A stretch of 64,000 nt of DNA from Candidatus Bathyarchaeota archaeon (GTDB taxonomy: Archaea; Thermoproteota; Bathyarchaeia; Bathyarchaeales; Bathycorpusculaceae), in the NCBI GenBank assembly GCA_963739305.1, contig CAVTZU010000009.1, forward strand, positions 20,399-84,398. Direction: 5' to 3'. Shown here piece by piece: positions 11,045-20,658 of this stretch. Each line of letters begins with the position of its first letter. The first letter of the stretch is position 1. Position numbers and translations under genes: made by a program. A model generated the notes under the pieces. The model was not told the origin of the DNA, did no database searches, and was given only the letters and a program-made list of their open reading frames with translations.

Positions 11045-11359
11045 ATGCCCAAAATAGGTGGCAGAGAAGTCTACTTTGTCAATGCGATGAACACGCAGCA
11101 AATCGACTTTTTGATCGAGAAAGTGAGAGAAGTCGTAAAAGAGATGAAACTTCCTGTCGACTATGACGTTAGGATCTACAAGAACGTACTATCTTGTTGC
11201 GGAATCGGCGGTCTCAGCATAATAATTGAAATCGTCGGACCAGACGAAGACGGGATAAAGGCGATTGACATGAGAGCCATGTCTAGAATCCTTGAATTCT
11301 GCGAGAAAGAAGGCCTAGAAGTAGGACACCACTCAGTCGGACAATATGAATCCATGTAA
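11045..11359 (+). CDS. hypothetical protein (SCCG motif)
   Basis: Abuts the upstream gene; typical coding composition. Confidence 0.65.
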   Translation: MPKIGGREVYFVNAMNTQQIDFLIEKVREVVKEMKLPVDYDVRIYKNVLSCCGIGGLSIIIEIVGPDEDGIKAIDMRAMSRILEFCEKEGLEVGHHSVGQYESM

Positions 11360-11386
11360 ACAAGAAAAAGAACGCGTGATGACTTT

Positions 11387-12478
11387 ATGGGATCCAAGGT
11401 TGCTTTGATCAGATTTGAGGACCAAGTTCAAGCATCTTTTGACCAAGCACTCAAACTGATCGGAGGCATAGACGAACTCAACACTCCCCAACGAGCCATA
11501 ACAATCAAAGTGGGGGTTTTCAGTCCAAACGCGGACAATCACACTTCAGTCAGAGTAGTAGATGCCATTGCCAGAAGCTTTGGCAAAGCTCCGCGGATGC
11601 TGCTGGTTGAATCAGACAACTATAGGGGAAAAGCCTTGAGCAGACTTCAAGTCTGGAAGGAGCTCTTCTCAAACCGACTGGTTCCGTTCAGTCTATCAAA
11701 TGATCCAGAAACCAAAAAAGTCAAAGTTGCAGGTGAAGAACTGAGTTTGTCAAGGGTTCTTTTCAAACCAAACGTTTTCGTGAGCACCCACGTGCTTCGA
11801 AGCTATGAGAGAGGAAGTGTGCTGAAGAACCTGCTAGGTCTAGTTCCAGACACAGAAAAAGCAAGGTTTCACAAAAAGCTCGAAATACTCCTTCCCGACA
11901 TTTTTGAGGCCATAGGCGGCATAGACTTGGCTGTCCTAGATGGGACTTACCTGCACCGCGGCGTAGGCGCCAACTCTCACGTGAGCTCAGAAAATGCAGA
12001 GAACATGACCAAGATGAACATCTTACTGGTTGGAAGAGACGCGGTTGCTGTTGAAACAATCGGCGCAGTTATCGCAGGTTTGCACCCTGAAAAGATGCCG
12101 GTATTGCAGGAATTCGTGAAGAGAGGCCTTGGAGAAGGAGATCCACAGAAAATAGAGGTGGTTGGAGACTCCTTCGAAGAAATCAAGAAAAAATCTACAA
12201 ACCTGTTGAGAACACAAAAGAAGCTTCGCCCTCGAGGATCAATGCCTCAGACTTGGGGTGGGCAAGCTCACCGCATCATGAAGAATCTCACACTTGAGGG
12301 CTTCTTTAAACTGCCAAATAAGAGAACAAAAACAGATGTTGCGAAAGCCTTCGAGGCCAGAGAGCTCTCAGTGAAAGGCAAGAACGCCAACCTGTCGCGC
12401 ATCCTATCGTTGCGAGTAGAGAAAGGAATCTTGAAAACAGAAAAGAACGAAGATAAATGGGTCTATTGGACAGAATGA
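11387..12478 (+). CDS. DUF362-like protein with C-terminal HTH-like extension
   Basis: KVALIR..ALKLIGGI, LKNLLG, DAVAVE pattern. Confidence 0.7.
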   Translation: MGSKVALIRFEDQVQASFDQALKLIGGIDELNTPQRAITIKVGVFSPNADNHTSVRVVDAIARSFGKAPRMLLVESDNYRGKALSRLQVWKELFSNRLVPFSLSNDPETKKVKVAGEELSLSRVLFKPNVFVSTHVLRSYERGSVLKNLLGLVPDTEKARFHKKLEILLPDIFEAIGGIDLAVLDGTYLHRGVGANSHVSSENAENMTKMNILLVGRDAVAVETIGAVIAGLHPEKMPVLQEFVKRGLGEGDPQKIEVVGDSFEEIKKKSTNLLRTQKKLRPRGSMPQTWGGQAHRIMKNLTLEGFFKLPNKRTKTDVAKAFEARELSVKGKNANLSRILSLRVEKGILKTEKNEDKWVYWTE

Positions 12479-12624
12479 TGTTAGCCCAAAGACTCCCAAT
12501 CCTCAAGCATAGGGCCTATTCAAAACTGCTACCCTTGCAAATTGAAATACACACGCTTCCTCTTTTTTAAGGAAACAATATATCCTCAGTTTCACACTCT
12601 AAACGGCAGTCAGGTGCTGATTTT

Positions 12625-13275
12625 TTGACAACACTAAGAACCACTTTGAACGCAATAAGAAAAGAACTGCAAAGAAAATACGAGATACGCGAAAACGCTC
12701 AGAAAGACGCTAGGCAAGCCACAAGCCTCTCGAAACAAGCAATACTGCTCATCCACCAAAAACGATTAAAAGAGGCTGAAAACCTCGTCGCAAAAGCAGG
12801 CGAAATACTTGCAGGACTATGGAAAACTTCCGAAACTTTTCCCGAAATCATCTACACAGGCATGTTTAGTGCCGCACTCCAAGAATACTCTGAAGCAAAC
12901 ATCTTTCTCAAACTGGTCCAAGAATCCCGCTTCTTGACCCCCGACGAAATCAAAGTGCCCTCAGCAGACTACGTACTCGGACTGGCAGACGTGATAGGAG
13001 AATGTAGACGACTCGCCCTCGACGAACTCCGCGAGGGAAAGGTGGAAAAAGCCGAAAAGTCTTTGCAACTCATGGACGAAATCTACACTGAACTAATGGG
13101 ACTCGACGAATCATACATGCTCGTCCGCGACTTGAGAAGAAAGAACGATGTGGCAAGAAGAATCATCGAGGCAACTCGAGGTGACGTGACTCAAGAAATC
13201 AGAAGAAGCATGCTGGAGAAACAGTTGAGCCGACTCGAAAAACGAATCGCGCCCAAGAAAACAAAGAAAACCTGA
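12625..13275 (+). CDS. archaeal translin/TRAX (C3PO-like) family protein
   Basis: ALQEYSEA, DYVLGLADVIGECRR, LRRKNDVAR. Confidence 0.85.
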   Translation: MTTLRTTLNAIRKELQRKYEIRENAQKDARQATSLSKQAILLIHQKRLKEAENLVAKAGEILAGLWKTSETFPEIIYTGMFSAALQEYSEANIFLKLVQESRFLTPDEIKVPSADYVLGLADVIGECRRLALDELREGKVEKAEKSLQLMDEIYTELMGLDESYMLVRDLRRKNDVARRIIEATRGDVTQEIRRSMLEKQLSRLEKRIAPKKTKKT

Positions 13276-13286
13276 GAAACCTCAGC

Positions 13287-13985
13287 GTGCATACTACGAC
13301 TTTGAAAACAGAATTCTCCATCGAAAAAGCACGCAGAGCACAGATCGAACTCTCTAAGCGCATCATTCTAGAGGATAGACTTCCACTTGAAATCCGATAT
13401 GTCGCAGGCGTCGATGTTGCTTACGTTAATGATATATCAGTTGCGACGGCAGTCTTACTAGACTATGAGACACTACAACCCAAAGAATCAAAAATAGACA
13501 TCCGCAAGACTTCTTTCCCTTACATTCCCACGCTGCTTTCTTTCAGAGAAATTCCCGGAACAATGATGGCCATCAAAAAGTTTCACATCAAGCCAGATAT
13601 CATCCTAGCCGATGGACACGGCTACGCACACCCATACCGCTGCGGGTTCGCAAGCCACCTCGGACTCGCTCTGAAAGAACCTACGATAGGAGTAGCCAAA
13701 ACACTGCTGTACGGCAGGCTTGAAAAACTAAACCGAACCGAAGATACCGTTTTCATACGGGACGGCTACCAAATCATCGGAGCCCAAGTCACGACGAAAC
13801 CTGGGCAGAAACCTGTCTATGTCAGCGTCGGTCACATGATCTCGCTGGAAACAGCCATCCAAATCGTCAAACACTGCACCGTGCATTCGCGAATTCCGGA
13901 ACCAATCGCTCTGGCCCACCAAATTGCCACGGCTGAAAAGGGAAAAATCAATAACTCCACCCGAACACACACAACTGGCAAGTGA
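13287..13985 (+). CDS. nfi: endonuclease V
   Basis: VAGVDVAY, FPYIPTLLSFRE, DGHGYAHP, IGVAK, PVYVSVGH. Confidence 0.95.
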   Translation: MHTTTLKTEFSIEKARRAQIELSKRIILEDRLPLEIRYVAGVDVAYVNDISVATAVLLDYETLQPKESKIDIRKTSFPYIPTLLSFREIPGTMMAIKKFHIKPDIILADGHGYAHPYRCGFASHLGLALKEPTIGVAKTLLYGRLEKLNRTEDTVFIRDGYQIIGAQVTTKPGQKPVYVSVGHMISLETAIQIVKHCTVHSRIPEPIALAHQIATAEKGKINNSTRTHTTGK

Positions 13986-13991
13986 GCTTGA

Positions 13992-14699
13992 TTGTTGAAC
14001 AAGGAATTGAGACAGCTAGCCAACAAGATACATGACAAGAATCTTCGAAACAAAACCATCGACCTACTCGAAAACCCGACTTTCGAATTGGACGGCAGAA
14101 CCTACGCAGGCCTTTCCCTCGAGATCGCGCCTGCAGGCAAGTCTCACCATCACAGCTACGCAGGGGGCTACATCGAACACGTTGTCTCAACAGCAAACAT
14201 TGCACTTGCCATGTGCGACTCAGTGGAAAAATTCTATCACGGAGAAGTAAATCGGGACCACGTTGTAGCCGGCGTATTATTGCACGACATCTTCAAACCC
14301 GCAACGTATAGCAAACCTCAGAACGGCTACTATGGGTCGACACCGCTTGCAGACTATATGGATCACCTGTCAATCGCAACTGCAGAACTCGTTCGAAGGG
14401 GCTTCCCAATAGAGCTTGTGCACGTTGTCTCAGCTCACCACGGAGAGTTCGGACCAATCAGGCCCAAGACGGTTGAAGCTCTCATTTGTCATCTTGCCGA
14501 CTTTGCAGATTCACGTCTGAACGGTGAAGTCATGAATGCTGCATCGTATCTTGTGCGAAGAGTTGCGGGCCAAGAATTGCGTGCGATGAATTCGAAGGAA
14601 GCGTTCGAACTGGTCCACTCGAAGGCCGTCGAAGGCTGGGAAGGCGTCGACAAGACTCTGAAAAAACTAAGCCGAAAGAGGAAACCGCAGAAACCTTAA
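13992..14699 (+). CDS. HD-domain phosphohydrolase (YhaM-like)
   Basis: HHHSYAGGYIEH, LLHDIFK, SAHHG, HLADFADS. Confidence 0.85.
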   Translation: MLNKELRQLANKIHDKNLRNKTIDLLENPTFELDGRTYAGLSLEIAPAGKSHHHSYAGGYIEHVVSTANIALAMCDSVEKFYHGEVNRDHVVAGVLLHDIFKPATYSKPQNGYYGSTPLADYMDHLSIATAELVRRGFPIELVHVVSAHHGEFGPIRPKTVEALICHLADFADSRLNGEVMNAASYLVRRVAGQELRAMNSKEAFELVHSKAVEGWEGVDKTLKKLSRKRKPQKP

Positions 14700-14741
14700 T
14701 AGCCGATTGTAAGTGAAAAATGGAGAAGGTGAACTTTCAAA

Positions 14742-15068
14742 ATGGAGATCTCGTTTGACGAGTTTCAGAAGCTTGACCTTCGTATCGGGAAAATACTCGA
14801 AGCAAACCAAATTCCAGGCTCACGTAACCTCATCCGAATGATAGTTGATTTCGGAACAGAAAAAAGACAAGCCGTCGCTGGACTTCTTCAATGGTACAAG
14901 CCGGAACAACTCGTGAACAAGAAATGTGCTTTCATCCTTAACCTTCAAAGACGAAAGATGATGGGAGTAGAATCGCAGTGTATGGTCTTCGCGGCCGAAG
15001 ATGACAAAGGCAACGTTGTTGTTCTGCAACCCGAAAAGGATATTGTAGAAGGCAGCAAAATACACTAG
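14742..15068 (+). CDS. tRNA-binding OB-fold protein (Trbp111/CsaA/MetRS C-terminal-like)
   Basis: ISFDEFQKLDLRIGKI, NLQRRKMMGVESQ. Confidence 0.9.
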   Translation: MEISFDEFQKLDLRIGKILEANQIPGSRNLIRMIVDFGTEKRQAVAGLLQWYKPEQLVNKKCAFILNLQRRKMMGVESQCMVFAAEDDKGNVVVLQPEKDIVEGSKIH

Positions 15069-15078
15069 ACGAAGATCC

Positions 15079-16347
15079 TTAACCCATTAGTTTGATTATT
15101 TCTTCCGCTTTTTCTTCGCTTCCCGCCACGTATTCGATCATTTCGGAATCCAGATCAAACCACTTGGAAATGCCAGCCGCCATCTCAACGTCGTTCTTGA
15201 AGATGATCTTCATGTAAGGAAGGAATTCTTTCGAAGCCCTTTTCGCAGATATATGGCACCTCCGCTTGATCTTCTTCCCGATGCTCAGCTGACCTGCACG
15301 TTCGACCTTTGACCGTGACAGCATCATGATCCTCGTCGGAAACTTGAAAGGTATCCATCCACTGGCCTTCGTGTTCTCTCTCGCCATTGCGACGCCACCG
15401 GTCATGAAATCAACCACATACCGCAGTAGACTCCAATCCTGAGTCCGACGAATCCTGCCTCGGTAGAGGTCAGCCAAAGCTAAAGCGTCCATCGCCCGGG
15501 CCAAATCATGCGAATCAGTGAAATGCGCAGGAACGTTCTCGTAGATCCATTCGAACAACATGTCATTATCAACGTCAGACATGTTCATCGCCTGCTTCGC
15601 GCTGGAGACGGTTTTGCTGTAGAAGATCATCCGCAGCACGTTGAAGATGGTGTCCTGTCTGTCTCGATAACCAATCCAAGAAACGTCTTCGTATGCAAGC
15701 TTCTTTTTGCCTTGACCCAACGCTTGAAGATCGTTAATCGCCGACCGCACGTCACCCTCCGAGCGTTGAGCGAGAAACTTCAACGCGTCCTCATCTGCTT
15801 GTATTCCTTCTTCCTCACATATGTGCTTCAGCCGCTTAGCTACTTCACTGGCGGCTGGTTTCTTGAACTCTATTAAAAGGCAGTAGTTTCGAAGGTACGC
15901 AAAGCGCGGATCATAGGCACTGTTAGCGATCAAAACCAGCGGACACTGCGCCTTCTTTGCGATGTCAGTAATAGCTTTGACGCCTCCTCGATCGGAGGTA
16001 CCGGTTAAGCCGTCTAATTCGTCCAACAGAATGAGTCTCTTGCCACCGAACAACGATCCATACTGTGACGCTAGACCTGCAAACCGATTGATCGCATCTT
16101 CCGTCCGGTAGTCGCTTGCGTTCTTCTCCACAAACTCCATATTGAAATCATCTGCGGTGGCCTCAACAGTGACTGTTTTCCCGATACCTGGAGGTCCATA
16201 GATGAATGCACACCTCTTCCTTGGGGTACCATTCTCCCAAGACTTGATCCAGTCAATGAACACTCTGATGGCTTCGGGGTTGCCGACGATCTCAGAAAGC
16301 GACCGAGGTTTGTATTTAACTGTCCAAGCGCCGAACAAAGAGGGCAC
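15079..16347 (-). CDS. rfcL: replication factor C large subunit
   Basis: WTVKYKP, GPPGIGKT, NASDYR, LLDELD, GDVRSAINDLQ. Confidence 0.93.
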   Translation of the reverse strand: MPSLFGAWTVKYKPRSLSEIVGNPEAIRVFIDWIKSWENGTPRKRCAFIYGPPGIGKTVTVEATADDFNMEFVEKNASDYRTEDAINRFAGLASQYGSLFGGKRLILLDELDGLTGTSDRGGVKAITDIAKKAQCPLVLIANSAYDPRFAYLRNYCLLIEFKKPAASEVAKRLKHICEEEGIQADEDALKFLAQRSEGDVRSAINDLQALGQGKKKLAYEDVSWIGYRDRQDTIFNVLRMIFYSKTVSSAKQAMNMSDVDNDMLFEWIYENVPAHFTDSHDLARAMDALALADLYRGRIRRTQDWSLLRYVVDFMTGGVAMARENTKASGWIPFKFPTRIMMLSRSKVERAGQLSIGKKIKRRCHISAKRASKEFLPYMKIIFKNDVEMAAGISKWFDLDSEMIEYVAGSEEKAEEIIKLMG

Positions 16348-17346
16348 CTATTGTTTTGAGTTCAGCATTTCCCCCGCTTCAACAAGCTTGGCTAACAACG
16401 CACTCAGTTGGATTTCTTCATCTGCGCCTTCAATCAACCTGAAATCAACTTCACCAACGACATCTGCGAGCTTTATCTTCCACTTCTCAGGCACGTCCGC
16501 TCGAAAGATTTCCGTGTGAATCTGACGGATTAAGTCACTTCCAGCGACGCCGTACTTCTGAATCATTTCACGAAGTTGTTTTCTCGCTTCCATAAATTCG
16601 CCGCCGATTGCCACTTTGAGCATCTTTTGAACGTCTGCAGGATTAGCCTTGCCCGTGATCGAGTACACAACCTTGGCGTCAACAGGCTTGCCTATCGAAG
16701 CAGCCGACTGTAACGTGTTAATTGCTCTTCTCAAGTCGCCACCGCAAACCTCGAAAATCGCGTCCAAGCCGTCAACCGTGATTTTCACCTTCTCCTTAGA
16801 GGCAATTTCCTTCAACTGACAATCGTGCTCTTCTCTTGGCAAGTACGTAAATCGAAAAGGCGCACATCTCGATTGGATCGGCTCGATTATTTTGCCGCTG
16901 TAGTTGGCGCACATTATGAATCGACACGTTTCAGTGTACCGTTCCATCGTACGTCTCAAAGCTTGTTGCGCATCAGAGGTCATGTTGTCCGCCTCGTCAA
17001 GAATCATTATCTTAAACGGAATCTCCCCGATGGACTTCACTCTTGCAAACGTTTTCACGGTTTCTCTTACCACGTCGATTCCACGTTCGTCGCTCGCGTT
17101 CAACTCCATAATGTGCTCGCGATAGGCGTCTCCGTAAAAATCCCTCGCAAGGCAGAGCGCGGCTGTTGTTTTGCCCGTGCCTGGTGGACCTGCAAAGATG
17201 CAGTGAGGTACGTTTCTCGATTTTACGAAGCTCTTTAACCGTTCAACGATATCTTTCTGATCTACGATGTTGTCCAATTTCTTGGGACGGTACTTTTCTG
17301 CCCACATCTCAAAACTCAAAGTGTAGACCTCGGTTAATGATTTCAT
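16348..17346 (-). CDS. rfcS: replication factor C small subunit (no intein)
   Basis: WAEKYRP, GPPGTGKT, ELNASDERG, DEAD, IQSRC. Confidence 0.95.
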   Translation of the reverse strand: MKSLTEVYTLSFEMWAEKYRPKKLDNIVDQKDIVERLKSFVKSRNVPHCIFAGPPGTGKTTAALCLARDFYGDAYREHIMELNASDERGIDVVRETVKTFARVKSIGEIPFKIMILDEADNMTSDAQQALRRTMERYTETCRFIMCANYSGKIIEPIQSRCAPFRFTYLPREEHDCQLKEIASKEKVKITVDGLDAIFEVCGGDLRRAINTLQSAASIGKPVDAKVVYSITGKANPADVQKMLKVAIGGEFMEARKQLREMIQKYGVAGSDLIRQIHTEIFRADVPEKWKIKLADVVGEVDFRLIEGADEEIQLSALLAKLVEAGEMLNSKQ

Positions 17347-17426
17347 ATCGCAGAACTGTTAATAAACGCTTACAGTTTGCAGCGAACGGCGCGTTGTTAG
17401 CTGTCAACTAACGAGAGTACCCTATT

Positions 17427-18031
17427 TCACATCAGAGTGCCTTTGTAGTAGATTGAAGCGGGACAGCCCAGGCACCTATCGTCCGTGTAAAACGCGCAAA
17501 CACTGCAATCTGCGCCGCAAGGCGAGATCTTCTTTTTTTCCGCCTGTGGCTTAACCGGCACTATCATAGGTCGAGTCGGCGAAACTATCAAATCAAACTC
17601 CATGTCCTTTGATCGGAAGGTTCTGCCTAAAACGAGAATCAACACAAGACATTATGGACCTTACGTTCTCCCCTAGCCATAAGGCATGTCATGTTGTGTT
17701 TTCCCGACGTCAAAAAACAGTTCAAATACAAAGGACAGTTTTCCAGAGTCTTCAGTAATTGCTCAACTTTATCCGTAGTGATATCCACTTTCGCCATGAA
17801 AAGCTGGGCTTTTTTTATGTCGGTTCCGACTAGATACGACAGTACCCCCTTATCCTCGAGCTTGTGTATCCTCGCACTCACAGCAGGCTGCGAAATCTTC
17901 AAACGCCCCGAAATCTCAGCTTGTGACATTTGGGGCTGCTCCGCTAACATGCGCAATATTTTCTTGTCCGTTTCGTCAATATCTCTTGCCAAGGATTCTC
18001 CCTCATTGGAACTGACGCGCAGATTTATCAA
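17427..18031 (-). CDS. Lrp/AsnC regulator with Cys-rich C-terminal tail; two apparent +1 frameshifts
   Basis: HTH IDETDKKILRML..ISQPAVSARI; tail CGADCSVC..RCLGCP. Confidence 0.75.
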
Positions 18032-18168
18032 TGCCTTTGATAGATATATCAGTTATTGTTATTAAGCATTTGTTCCATTTAGATTATTGTTCATAACAAC
18101 AAGGTTTATTGATTTGAAGTTACTTTAGAATGCATATCCAAATAAGCATTCTTTAGAGGTAAGATCAA

Positions 18169-18540
18169 ATGGTAGAACAAGAGACATGGGAAAGCAAGTG
18201 TTGCCGTTGCGAAGGCGACGTCAAAGCGAACCTCTATCCTGGAAAAAGAGCTTGTCACGTTACATGTGGTTCATGTTTGTACCCAGAAGACTGGACGAAA
18301 TGCGCCTCATGCGAAATAGTTGGACACTGCCAATACGCCTTGGAGTACCTCCGAAGCCTCAAACTCGAAGGCTTGAAAAGGGGATGCTACTTCCAACAGC
18401 AACTGAAGGGTGACGAGAATCTGTATCAAACACTGAATTTCGTCAACGGGCAACAACAGTTTCTGCATGGCCGTGATGAAAAAGTCTATCTCGAAAACCT
18501 GAAAAAAGCAAACTCTAGCAGCCCTTGTCTTTACAAATAA
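18169..18540 (+). CDS. Cys-rich hypothetical protein
   Basis: CCRC, CHVTCGSC, CASC..HC; GAGGT upstream. Confidence 0.7.
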   Translation: MVEQETWESKCCRCEGDVKANLYPGKRACHVTCGSCLYPEDWTKCASCEIVGHCQYALEYLRSLKLEGLKRGCYFQQQLKGDENLYQTLNFVNGQQQFLHGRDEKVYLENLKKANSSSPCLYK

Positions 18541-18631
18541 TTCAGAGTGGAGCAACGCATTTTCTTCGTCTTCGACTAGCCATTCGATGCGTCAACAGTT
18601 CCTTTAGTGAGTGTAAACATCACAGTCAAAC

Positions 18632-20575
18632 TTATTCTTCCAGAAAGCTGGTCAAGAAGACAGCGTACTCGCAGGGATGCTCATTTTTGGGCAGAGATTT
18701 GATGATCTTGATTTTTCCTTTCTGACCATGAGAAACCCTCGAAAGCACATGATCTATCACTCTTTTTCGGAGGTTACAGAGCCAGGTTTTCTGGCCTGAC
18801 TTGACCAAGGTGTAGTAAGGACATGTCTTGTATTTCAGCGTGAAACCTCCTTCGAAGTACTCAATCTCGACCTCAACGTCCAGTTCACGATACATGTCTG
18901 TAATTCTCTCGCCGACTTCTCTGATTGTCCACGGATAGTCTTCCGGGAACATTTCATCCAGTGGTTCCCTGACTTTTTCAAAAGCTTCATCGCACGAGTT
19001 CGCTGACATCTCATTGATCAGGGCTTCCATTAACTTCTTGCGCGGAACAGGTTCCAGAACAGGCTTTTCGAGTGGCTTCAGCTTGAAACTGAGTAGATTC
19101 TGGAATGCAGTTGCCTGTATCTCGTAACCGAGTTCTCTGAACAAGGATTCGATTAACGAACGCTGACTACTCATCAGAATCGGGTCAATTTTCTTGAAGA
19201 TCACGGTGAAGTGTTCATCATCCACGAATCGCACTTCGGCGTCTGCTTGAATGGATTCCACATTTTTGAGGATGAAATTCTGAGCAAATCTCCTGCTCTT
19301 GTCTGGATCATTTCTCGACAACATTCGGATCGCATTTGAGACACGGACACCCATTGTATGATATGTCTCGTTGAACTTCTCCTTGTTAGAATCATAGACT
19401 CTTGACTCAAATGAGGTGAAAACCTCGCGGGGAACTGGGATGACGTCCAAGAACTGCTTGCCTATCGTCTGATAAAGACTGACCTCCACTATTTGATCCA
19501 GAAGACTTTGATCTTCAGGTCCTACATACTGGATAGTAGCATTCGCAGTCGTCTGCTCAACAGAAAACCTCAGCAGTTTCCAACCCCGCGTCGCCAAAAC
19601 AACAGATAGCATCACTATAGAAAGCTTCGACACGGCAGCCGTCGTCGACTGAAACGAAATATCCAGAGTCTTGTCGTCAACGTCTCTTAGTATCTTGGCT
19701 TGTTTGAACCAATTCATCTTTATGAAAGCAGAAAGCAGACTATTCACGAATTCCCTGGGCTCCGACGGGAGCTCGCCGCCGCCAAGAGCGATCCTAAGGT
19801 CTTCAAGAAACGATCCAAAATCGGTTATGGGCTCTTCAAGATGCTTCTCTGCCCAGCTCATGAAGGCTGGTCCAACCAGCATCAGAGTGTTCCTGAATAA
19901 GCCCGGAACAGAGCTTGAAAGCCGCTTTTCGATTTGTTCAGTCAGGAGTTCTCCTAGTTCTTTTCGTTTCAGAGGGTACATTTCTTGCCGCATCAACTTC
20001 ACTGCAATATCTTCTCCCATAAGCCTCATTTCGAAAGAGACTTGAAGCCCCTCGAGGATGGTCGCTGCCTGGAATGCAACAATTTCCGGCAGACGTGTGA
20101 ATGAATTAGGCCTAAGAATCACCGTGCTGTCAATCTCACTGTACGAGGCAATTTCAAAGATGCGAGTCAGGTCTCTTATTTCTCCTAGGATCAACATGAA
20201 TTCCTTGAAATTCGAAGGCTTTTTCCACGTCACAGAACCTTTCAGTATTTCGATTGTGTTCTTGGCTTCTTCCTTCTGCTCCTTCAGAAAATCATTGATT
20301 GTCTTGTCTCCTACGGCCACTTCTAACAAGCCGTCTGCGGTTTTCTTTCCGACGGATACAAGGTCCAAAGCCTCTCTGAGGTTAACCTGTTCCTTCATTT
20401 TCGCCCTTACAGCACAATCCTCACATGACCCAACTTTTTCAACTCTCAACATCGTTTGAAGCGCTTGTTCAATCACGCGGTTCTTCGTGCCGTAAGTTTT
20501 CGCCAGCTCCGTGAGCATTTCGTTCGTTTTCTTCGACACGGTAGTATGAATGTGTATGGACAAAGTCTCAACCAT
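18632..20575 (-). CDS. large putative regulator: N-terminal ribbon-helix-helix-like, CxxC, C-terminal V4R/methanogen-output-like domain
   Basis: IHIHTTVSKKTNEMLTELAK..KNRVIEQAL; SCEDC; KTCPY..WLC..HPCEY. Confidence 0.7.
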   Translation of the reverse strand: MVETLSIHIHTTVSKKTNEMLTELAKTYGTKNRVIEQALQTMLRVEKVGSCEDCAVRAKMKEQVNLREALDLVSVGKKTADGLLEVAVGDKTINDFLKEQKEEAKNTIEILKGSVTWKKPSNFKEFMLILGEIRDLTRIFEIASYSEIDSTVILRPNSFTRLPEIVAFQAATILEGLQVSFEMRLMGEDIAVKLMRQEMYPLKRKELGELLTEQIEKRLSSSVPGLFRNTLMLVGPAFMSWAEKHLEEPITDFGSFLEDLRIALGGGELPSEPREFVNSLLSAFIKMNWFKQAKILRDVDDKTLDISFQSTTAAVSKLSIVMLSVVLATRGWKLLRFSVEQTTANATIQYVGPEDQSLLDQIVEVSLYQTIGKQFLDVIPVPREVFTSFESRVYDSNKEKFNETYHTMGVRVSNAIRMLSRNDPDKSRRFAQNFILKNVESIQADAEVRFVDDEHFTVIFKKIDPILMSSQRSLIESLFRELGYEIQATAFQNLLSFKLKPLEKPVLEPVPRKKLMEALINEMSANSCDEAFEKVREPLDEMFPEDYPWTIREVGERITDMYRELDVEVEIEYFEGGFTLKYKTCPYYTLVKSGQKTWLCNLRKRVIDHVLSRVSHGQKGKIKIIKSLPKNEHPCEYAVFLTSFLEE

Positions 20576-20604
20576 ATGTTGGTTTGGGCTGGTTTCTATT
20601 AAGT

Positions 20605-20632
20605 GTGTTCACAGAAAACGACTGATGTACAT
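20605..20632. promoter_or_regulatory. two RTGTWCAY boxes upstream of the 647-aa regulator
   Basis: GTGTTCAC 20605-20612 and ATGTACAT 20625-20632. Confidence 0.5.
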
Positions 20633-20658
20633 GGACTACAAAGAAAAAGGAAGGGAAG

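Noticed and set aside
10610-11101. N-terminal 160 aa of the 305-aa minus-strand ORF 10184-11101
   Set aside because: It is the antisense shadow of the real AsnC-domain gene 10808-11044; only the hydrophobic C-terminal part looks coding.
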